A stretch of DNA of 20,000 nt from an uncultured virus (IMG/VR IMGVR_UViG_2775507075_000002) (Duplodnaviria > Heunggongvirae > Uroviricota > Caudoviricetes), in the IMG/VR virus record IMGVR_UViG_2775507075_000002. One strand, 5' to 3'. The position numbers and the translations under genes were made by a program. Shown here piece by piece: positions 1-5,283 of this stretch (position 1 is its first letter; each line of letters begins with the position of its first letter). The notes under the pieces are model-generated. The model was given only the letters and a program-made list of their open reading frames with translations, searched no databases and was not told the DNA's origin.

Positions 1-16
1 ATAGTTACCGCCTCCG
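1..16 (-). promoter_or_regulatory. Ribosome-binding site and truncated start codon of the next late gene (probably holin)
   Basis: Minus strand reads GGAGG-CGGTAACT-AT at the edge. The position after Q/pR' is where lambdoid holins lie, but the gene itself is outside the window. Confidence 0.5.
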
Positions 17-116
17 ATGGAAGATCGGGAAGCTGTGTGTTTGAAAAGGGTCAGGCCCGTCAGGCTGGATTTAACAACGAAGCGTGTCGATGATGATTCC
101 TGCGGGACCTGATAAT

Positions 117-140
117 AAAAAAGCCATGCAAATGCATGGC
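117..140 (-). terminator. Intrinsic terminator in late leader
   Basis: Minus strand GCCATGC-ATTT-GCATGGC followed by T6. Confidence 0.75.
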
Positions 141-160
141 CTTGTGATTTGAATCCGTTA

Positions 161-189
161 TTTACAAAATGTATTCGAGACAGTATCTT
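161..189 (+). promoter_or_regulatory. Sigma70 promoter for small RNA A
   Basis: TTTACA (161-166), 17 bp spacer, TATCTT (184-189); a same-strand terminator begins about 55 bp downstream. Confidence 0.6.
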
Positions 190-194
190 TCGAC

Positions 195-273
195 TTCCGG
201 ACAAAAAACATATACCGGGACAAAATCTAAATGTAACTGCCTTGCCTGCATGAAACCATGCGGGCTTTTTTTT
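195..273 (+). ncRNA. Candidate ~80-nt small RNA (RNA A), antisense to the late transcript
   Basis: Promoter 161-189; 5' hairpin TTCCGG/CCGGGA (195-220) with a 14-nt loop; terminator GCCTGCATG-AAAC-CATGCGGGC-T8 (244-273). Confidence 0.6.
244..273 (+). terminator. Intrinsic terminator
   Basis: 9-bp stem with one G-U pair, followed by T8. Confidence 0.85.
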
Positions 274-281
274 GCCCAAAG

Positions 282-302
282 AAAAAGCCCACCGAAGTGG
301 GC
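282..302 (-). terminator. Intrinsic terminator, convergent with 244-273
   Basis: Minus strand GCCCAC-TTCG-GTGGGC-TTTTT. Confidence 0.85.
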
Positions 303-443
303 CTTACAGCTATCATCATTTTTTATTAGGTGTGGTGCCGGGTGCCTCCCGGTAAGTCGCCGCCAGTCCACAGACGACTCGCAATGCGCAAAAAAACATA
401 TCAGACTGGCAATGCCCCTCCGCATAGGGGGATTCACCACACC
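282..443 (-). ncRNA. Candidate structured RNA with pseudoknot (RNA B)
   Basis: Closing stem 329-337/435-443 (9 bp perfect); hairpins 415-430 and 338-352; stems 354-361/373-380 and 362-368/404-410 cross each other. G-U pairs form only on the minus strand. Has its own promoter and terminator. Confidence 0.7.
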
Positions 444-446
444 AGA

Positions 447-475
447 AATTTAACATTCAGTCTTTCTGGTTTCAA
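447..475 (-). promoter_or_regulatory. Sigma70 promoter for RNA B
   Basis: TTGAAA (475-470), 17 bp spacer, TAAATT (452-447) with extended TGn; predicted +1 falls within the 5' strand of the closing stem. Confidence 0.7.
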
Positions 476-602
476 TACTCTGCTTGTCTGAGGTATCGGC
501 TCACCATAACCGCCCAGCCTGATGTTATCAGCGTGTAGCGGCTTGTTTTTCTCTTTGATAAAATTGATTCGCAAATGATTAAAACATCAACTGGTGCATA
601 AT

Positions 603-1049
603 ATGAGTAAGTACTCAGACCTTTTACAGGTAATCAAGTCACGGGTTTGCCAAAATAACAACTTCCCCCAAACATTACTGGCAGACTCACACAGTTACAG
701 AACCAGGCAGGTTTGGTACCGAATAGGACAAATATTCACTCTTGAATGTATTCTCGATGAGTACAGGAAACATTTTTCATCGGATTATTATTATCTTGAT
801 AACGATAAGGCTCTTCATCACCTTATCTTCGAAATGACCAAGTGGAAACCTGAAGAGATTAGAAGACTCTCGCTAAACGACTGTCTCTTTATCATTGCCA
901 GTCAACTAAAGCCCAGTTATATGTCAGAAGATGCTGCCGCTGTCCTGGCGTCACTCAATCTGCCGACTGGCCACTATCCTGTTGAGGATTTTCCACAAGA
1001 GGACTGGGATCCCAGGGAAAACTCAGCATTCCTTGAAAGCTATCAGTAG
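603..1049 (+). CDS. Hypothetical prophage accessory (moron) protein, 148 aa
   Basis: AT-rich ORF against the late-operon direction, preceded by extended -10 TGaTAAAAT (556-564); start at 594 or 603. Confidence 0.75.
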   Translation: MSKYSDLLQVIKSRVCQNNNFPQTLLADSHSYRTRQVWYRIGQIFTLECILDEYRKHFSSDYYYLDNDKALHHLIFEMTKWKPEEIRRLSLNDCLFIIASQLKPSYMSEDAAAVLASLNLPTGHYPVEDFPQEDWDPRENSAFLESYQ

Positions 1050-1212
1050 CGACTCGCCCAATCTCCGCAGAGATCTGACTCAGCCGCTCCTCAAGAGCGG
1101 CTTTTTCTGCTATCAGACGGTTGAAGTGGGCAAGATAGATTTTCTGTTGCCCAAGCCAGTCTTCAAGCTGTTGAGTGGTCATGCCCGGGTTAAAAAAATA
1201 TGGTTGCTGCAT
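955..1212 (-). CDS. Hypothetical 85-aa protein with predicted coiled coil
   Basis: GGGGGAA RBS before ATG; heptad-like segment LIAEKAALEERLSQISAEI; directly downstream of the tRNA. Confidence 0.65.
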   Translation of the reverse strand: MQQPYFFNPGMTTQQLEDWLGQQKIYLAHFNRLIAEKAALEERLSQISAEIGRVATDSFQGMLSFPWDPSPLVENPQQDSGQSAD

Positions 1213-1279
1213 AGCTTCCCCCAGATAAGTTACGCATTGTGATCGGGATTCGCTTCAGACGCTGGCCCCTCTGCCGTTC

Positions 1280-1355
1280 TGGTGCTGGTTGACGGAATCG
1301 AACAGCCGACATCCTGCTTACAAGGCAGGCGCTCTACCTTCTGAGCTAAACCAGC
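1280..1355 (-). tRNA. tRNA-Thr (anticodon UGU)
   Basis: 76 nt; acceptor stem GCTGGTT/AACCAGC + ACCA; anticodon arm CCTGC-CT-TGT-AA-GCAGG; T loop TTCGATT; one T-stem mismatch. Confidence 0.93.
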
Positions 1356-1441
1356 AATCTGGTTCAGGGCTCTGCGCGGAGGGCTTTAACGTATCGTGCA
1401 GCACGTCTCTACCCAAGAGCCCTGACCGGATTGCAGATACG

Positions 1442-1469
1442 AAAAAGCCCCGGCATTTGCCGAGGCTTT
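1442..1469 (-). terminator. tR' terminator
   Basis: GCCTCGGC-AAAT-GCCGGGGC-TTTTT, about 40-65 nt downstream of the pR' start. Confidence 0.85.
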
Positions 1470-1500
1470 AAATTTTTTCTTCAACGGTGAACACACAATG

Positions 1501-1542
1501 CCCATCGTTAGAACAAATTAACACGAATTCGGGAAAAGTAAA
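1501..1542 (-). promoter_or_regulatory. Late promoter pR' with sigma-dependent pause element
   Basis: TTTACT-16-TAATTT (extended TG) followed by AACGATGGG, the same initial sequence as the lambda pR' transcript; lies directly after Q. Confidence 0.85.
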
Positions 1543-1546
1543 TATC

Positions 1547-2368
1547 TCACCGCGTTATTTGTTTGAGTTGCGCCTCTGCCCACGCTTCCTCTATATCGAA
1601 TTTAGTGATCAATACGTCGAAGAACGGTTTAACCGATTTCTTCCAGGTATCCAGAGTGATGGCGTCCGTTATCTGGCAAATGGCCCTATGCACAGCAGTG
1701 GAGAGGATTCGCTCATACCCGCGACCACCACAGCGTTTACAGTTACCCATCACAGGCACTCCCTGCTTCTCCGTCTCATCCTGGTTCACTACCTTCCCCC
1801 GACCGTGGCAGTCGTTACAGGCGGCGCTAACAGTCCCTTTTCCCTTGCACTTTTGGCAAAGCACCCGGACCTGCTCCCGGACCGACTTCACCTCCTCCCA
1901 GTATGATGGATAGATCCCCTTTGTAACTTTGACCCACTTCGGCGGTTTGCCGTCCGGATACGTTACTTTGTTGGTGAACGCCACTGCGTCGATGAATCCA
2001 GACCCATTGCAGCAGTCGCATGTTTTTTTACTGGAAGCACTGCGGGAGTAATCCTCAAAGGCGTACTCTGCGAGGATCCGTATAACCCGGGGTTTTACGC
2101 TTGGCGAGAGCTTTCGCAACGCAGCAACCTTATCGCATTTTGTCAGCGCGTACTCAGCCAATAGTCCGATAGCCCGATCCCGGTCATTGTTGCTTATGCC
2201 CATCTTGCCCAGGAAAGCGCTATACCCCATAGCGGCACGTTCCTGGGTCATGCCCATTGCTGCCATGATGTCGGTGCCGGTCAGTGAATCAGAGGCGGTA
2301 GCACGCGGAGAATCGCTAATCAGCGTGGATTTTGCGAAGTGGTATTTCACTGTGTTTTCAAGATTCAC
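1547..2368 (-). CDS. Q: Late antitermination protein Q (lambda Q family)
   Basis: N-terminal SDSPRATASDSLTGTDIMAAMGM closely matches lambda Q; CxxCxGxG zinc motifs; GTG start overlaps the upstream stop. Confidence 0.93.
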   Translation of the reverse strand: MNLENTVKYHFAKSTLISDSPRATASDSLTGTDIMAAMGMTQERAAMGYSAFLGKMGISNNDRDRAIGLLAEYALTKCDKVAALRKLSPSVKPRVIRILAEYAFEDYSRSASSKKTCDCCNGSGFIDAVAFTNKVTYPDGKPPKWVKVTKGIYPSYWEEVKSVREQVRVLCQKCKGKGTVSAACNDCHGRGKVVNQDETEKQGVPVMGNCKRCGGRGYERILSTAVHRAICQITDAITLDTWKKSVKPFFDVLITKFDIEEAWAEAQLKQITR

Positions 2369-2487
2369 GCTGCGGCCCTCTTTGGCTGTTTTGGTTTGGT
2401 CTGGTTCAGGTTGTGCTTTGCTACTGGCGGCATACTGGCGCGCTTAACGCTCTCGGTTTGGTACTGCATGAAGTGATCGAGGGTCAT
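2365..2487 (-). CDS. Small 40-aa hypothetical protein (MTLDHFMQYQ...KRAAA)
   Basis: Read by hand, not in the ORF track; ATGA overlap with the rusA stop and GTGA overlap with the Q start. Confidence 0.65.
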   Translation of the reverse strand: MTLDHFMQYQTESVKRASMPPVAKHNLNQTKPKQPKRAAA

Positions 2488-2840
2488 AGAGAATCCCCAA
2501 TGATGATCTGCCCTTTCTCGCCCCATATTTTGGTGATGCGGCAATCCCAGACGTGTGAATCATCCTCATAGAGGGCGTCCATTAGGGCTTTCAGCATATT
2601 GTCGCAGTCGGGCTTTGACTGATGTGGACGTCCTGCGTATTGCGCTCTCTTTTTCTGACTCCAGCTTTGCGGCATAGGCATGACGAACGTGACGTGAGCG
2701 CCGGAGTCTGGCAGGTGAATTTTGCGCAGACGAGCTTCATCACAGAACGCCCGGTAACGTATTACTTCCGGACGCTGCTTCCACTTATCAGCTCTGGTCA
2801 TCCTGGGTTTGCCGATGGGCGTGATATCGTAGATTTTCAT
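2484..2840 (-). CDS. rusA: RusA-family Holliday junction resolvase
   Basis: KPDCDNMLKALMDAL and DDSHV catalytic motifs; nin-region position. Confidence 0.9.
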   Translation of the reverse strand: MKIYDITPIGKPRMTRADKWKQRPEVIRYRAFCDEARLRKIHLPDSGAHVTFVMPMPQSWSQKKRAQYAGRPHQSKPDCDNMLKALMDALYEDDSHVWDCRITKIWGEKGQIIIGDSL

Positions 2841-3133
2841 GATTTGATGAGTCCCTCTTTCCGCCAGATTTCCAGGGTGCGCATTACCCCCTCTGCGTGC
2901 ATCAGGCGCAATTCGTCGTAGGTGAAATCGGTGGTTTTGGTTCTGCCGTCAATTACGTCATGGCACCCGTTGCAGGCGATCGCCGCCTGAGTATCGTCAG
3001 GCTTGCATCCTGTGCCGCACGTACCCGCCAGGCGGTAATGCGCCAGCACGCTGGTTTCCGGGTTGCCGTTGCAGTGCCCGGGGATCCGCACGGTACATTC
3101 GCGGCCACGCGCCTCTTTGCGTAGGTTCGCCAT
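2837..3133 (-). CDS. DUF1364/YbcO-like putative nuclease
   Basis: MANLRKEARGRECTVRIPGHC...LAHY...ACNGCHDVIDGR pattern; start placed at ATG 3133. Confidence 0.85.
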   Translation of the reverse strand: MANLRKEARGRECTVRIPGHCNGNPETSVLAHYRLAGTCGTGCKPDDTQAAIACNGCHDVIDGRTKTTDFTYDELRLMHAEGVMRTLEIWRKEGLIKS

Positions 3134-3135
3134 AC

Positions 3136-3342
3136 TCACCCCCACATCCTGTTGCGCCAGCGAGAGTCTGGCCGAGGCGGATTTTTGTCCTCCACCAGCT
3201 GCACGCTGACGGTCCATGTCATAAAGTCAGGGTTTAAGCTTCGTTCGACCTTTACGCCCCGCTGACGATATCTCGCTACCAATTCTTCGGCCTGCTGCGT
3301 TGTGCATTCGAGATGGTGAAACCATGAGTGTTTCATCGGCAT
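3136..3342 (-). CDS. Phage hypothetical protein, 66-68 aa
   Basis: TGATG overlap with the upstream stop; fills the operon gap exactly; alternative start at 3336. Confidence 0.75.
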   Translation of the reverse strand: MPMKHSWFHHLECTTQQAEELVARYRQRGVKVERSLNPDFMTWTVSVQLVEDKNPPRPDSRWRNRMWG

Positions 3343-3938
3343 CACCCCGCGAAGCTTAAAAGCTGGTTTGCGGCGTTCTCGGCGTCCAGCAGGCTGTTGA
3401 ACGAACGAGAGAGGATCCATCGCCAGAGAACATCGAGCGATGCTTTGTACAATTCCTGGAACTCACATTCGTCCATGCTTGCGAAAGAAATGCTGCGAGG
3501 GTGTTTTTTCAGTGTGCCGTCCGGCAGCTGTATGGCGTCATAGTAGCCGGCTTCAACGATGACCCACGCCCGGTAAGCATCGAAGGATTTGCAAATACTG
3601 ATATAGCCGGATCGCTTCTCGGCTATTCGGTCGAGATATTGCCCGCCGGCATCAAGTAACGCCGATTCACTCCCGCCATATGCAGCAAGGTATTTGGCGT
3701 AACCTGTGATAAGCCTGCGCTCGTTAGACGAAATCGCCCCGCCGGTAGGTTCCCAATATTCAAAGCCGAGATTGAGTAAAGCAAAGTAACGGCGGTGAAA
3801 CGCCGGATTGCGGACAAGCTTATAATCGGCTTCCAGAACGGATCCGAGCTTGCATTTTGATTGCAGAAAATCACTGGTCTCCGGCGTCGCGGGGATCAGG
3901 ATACCTTGAGATTGTTTTATTAAGTGAAGCTGCGCCAT
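3342..3938 (-). CDS. DUF1367 family protein
   Basis: RNPAFHRRYFALLNLGFEYWEP and PRSISFASMDE motifs; GGAG RBS. Confidence 0.85.
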   Translation of the reverse strand: MAQLHLIKQSQGILIPATPETSDFLQSKCKLGSVLEADYKLVRNPAFHRRYFALLNLGFEYWEPTGGAISSNERRLITGYAKYLAAYGGSESALLDAGGQYLDRIAEKRSGYISICKSFDAYRAWVIVEAGYYDAIQLPDGTLKKHPRSISFASMDECEFQELYKASLDVLWRWILSRSFNSLLDAENAANQLLSFAG

Positions 3939-3995
3939 CACGTTCTCCGGTGGCGCATTACTGTCAGGTGGCTGGTTGTTCAGACCAGCACTACA

Positions 3996-4025
3996 AGTAT
4001 GATGTAGCTAGCTGTTATGAGTCAA
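3996..4025 (-). promoter_or_regulatory. Possible internal promoter upstream of the DUF1367-Q operon
   Basis: TTGACT-18-CATACT followed by hairpin GCTGGT/ACCAGC (3971-3989). Confidence 0.4.
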
Positions 4026-4243
4026 TTTTTAGAGCTCATTTCCTTAATAACCTCCACTAATGATTTTCTTGTCCAGAGGTGTTCATCTTTAGCAATTTTC
4101 CTAACCGATACTTCACTATTAATATTCGATAAAAGGATTCGGTCATTCAAAGCTAATCGGAATGAGCACAACACATGTCCGGATCCGTCCGTAATGGTGG
4201 CCCACACATTCCCCTGCTGATTTGGGTCAATACCATCTGTCAC
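4022..4243 (-). CDS. Small protein, candidate SOS-induced antirepressor
   Basis: GTG at 4243 after AGGGGG RBS (alternative ATG 4276); directly downstream of LexA-controlled dinI. Function is inferred from synteny only. Confidence 0.6.
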   Translation of the reverse strand: MTDGIDPNQQGNVWATITDGSGHVLCSFRLALNDRILLSNINSEVSVRKIAKDEHLWTRKSLVEVIKEMSSKN

Positions 4244-4351
4244 ATTACCCCCTGAGCGACATACAGACGCACTCATAAAAAACGGGTAGCAGCATCAAGG
4301 GAAACGCGAATGCGATGCTCTGGGATAAGAGCCGCCACCATCACAATTAAA

Positions 4352-4585
4352 CTAATAAAACCAGTCGTCTGCGCTTTCCCATGTCTCTTGCAGAATTTGC
4401 TCAACGCGTTTTTTATCGCCATCAGCGCCGCCCAAAACGCTAAGGCCATCGTTGCTTGTGCGTCGAATGGTTAATTTGCAGTCATCATAAGACTGAGATA
4501 AGCGGCGCAGCAATTCTTGTTCGAGCGCAGGTACGGCGCCATCAGGGAGTTTTTTATGTTTATCAATTGTGACTTCAACTTTCAT
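4352..4585 (-). CDS. dinI: DinI family DNA-damage-inducible protein
   Basis: LPDGAVPALEQELLRRL and ILQETWESADDWF signature; GAGG RBS. Confidence 0.95.
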   Translation of the reverse strand: MKVEVTIDKHKKLPDGAVPALEQELLRRLSQSYDDCKLTIRRTSNDGLSVLGGADGDKKRVEQILQETWESADDWFY

Positions 4586-4604
4586 GGTTAGCACCTCACA
4601 TAAA

Positions 4605-4647
4605 CACTGTATAAATAAACAGTATACTGGGAGAGTGAAATGGTCAA
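4605..4647 (-). promoter_or_regulatory. SOS promoter with LexA box
   Basis: CTGT-ATAAATAA-ACAG (4607-4622) overlapping the -10 of TTGACC-17-TACTGT. Confidence 0.92.
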
Positions 4648-4708
4648 GAGGTTAAGGGCTCTTTTTGCAAAGGCTATGAGTCTGTTTAACATGATGTTTT
4701 TCACTATT

Positions 4709-4730
4709 AAAAAACCCGCCGAAGCGGGCT
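4709..4730 (-). terminator. Intrinsic terminator
   Basis: CCCGC-TTCG-GCGGG-TTTTTT on the minus strand. Confidence 0.85.
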
Positions 4731-4733
4731 TTA

Positions 4734-4811
4734 TCATGCTGCAATGTCTTTTTTCAGGCTCATCTCCGGTAAGTTAGCTCTCACCAGCGCTTTAGCATGC
4801 AGCGGAGTTAC
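4734..4811 (-). pseudogene. Displaced 3' remnant of the cytosine methyltransferase gene
   Basis: Encodes VTPLHAKALVRANLPEMSLKKDIAA*, versus VPPPFAEALVRANLPEMCQTRAAA* at the end of the intact gene. Confidence 0.85.
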
Positions 4812-4845
4812 CCACATGGTGGAGATTTGACGTTAAACGCACTCT

Positions 4846-5166
4846 TCAAGGTTTTACCAGACTGAATTTTATTGTATCCCGATACACCCCTGGATGGCCT
4901 GGCACAAACTTACACTTTTTAATAGCAACCTCAGTTTCCCTGAAGAAAACCTCATCGCCCGTTATGTCTACTGAGTACACTTCGCCTTTATCATTAACCC
5001 ACGCCGCATAATCGACACTCCCTTCAGTTCTCAATGCCTGAGCCTTCACTGGCATCACTGGCGCAGGACAACTTATACGCACAGGTGATATTTCTTTTTT
5101 ATTATCAATAGCAAACACCACGTTTGATATAAGAGCAGCACTAACCAGAAGTATTAATTTTTTCAT
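4846..5166 (-). CDS. Secreted stand-alone TonB C-terminal-domain protein, 106 aa
   Basis: Signal peptide MKKLILLVSAALISNVVFA, then PVMPVKAQALRTEGSV...VNDKGEV...FFRETEVAIKKCKFVPG, which fits the TonB_C pattern. Confidence 0.8.
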   Translation of the reverse strand: MKKLILLVSAALISNVVFAIDNKKEISPVRISCPAPVMPVKAQALRTEGSVDYAAWVNDKGEVYSVDITGDEVFFRETEVAIKKCKFVPGHPGVYRDTIKFSLVKP

Positions 5167-5283
5167 AAACGATACCAACTCTGTTTTCCTTGCGTCCAAA
5201 ATTCACTAATGCGCATTTTGCATGCAACACCGTAGGTGTGTTCCGCTTAGGCACCGCCCCTTAGGGTATGGGGGGATTATAGT

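Noticed and set aside
162..453. ORFs 162-440 (-) and 169-453 (+)
   Set aside because: No RBS; they cross strong terminators and a structured RNA and have no recognisable protein features
1243..1279. GGCAGAGGGGCCAGCGTCTGAAGCG (minus strand), loosely like a tRNA-Ser 5' end
   Set aside because: No anticodon arm, T arm or acceptor partner can be built
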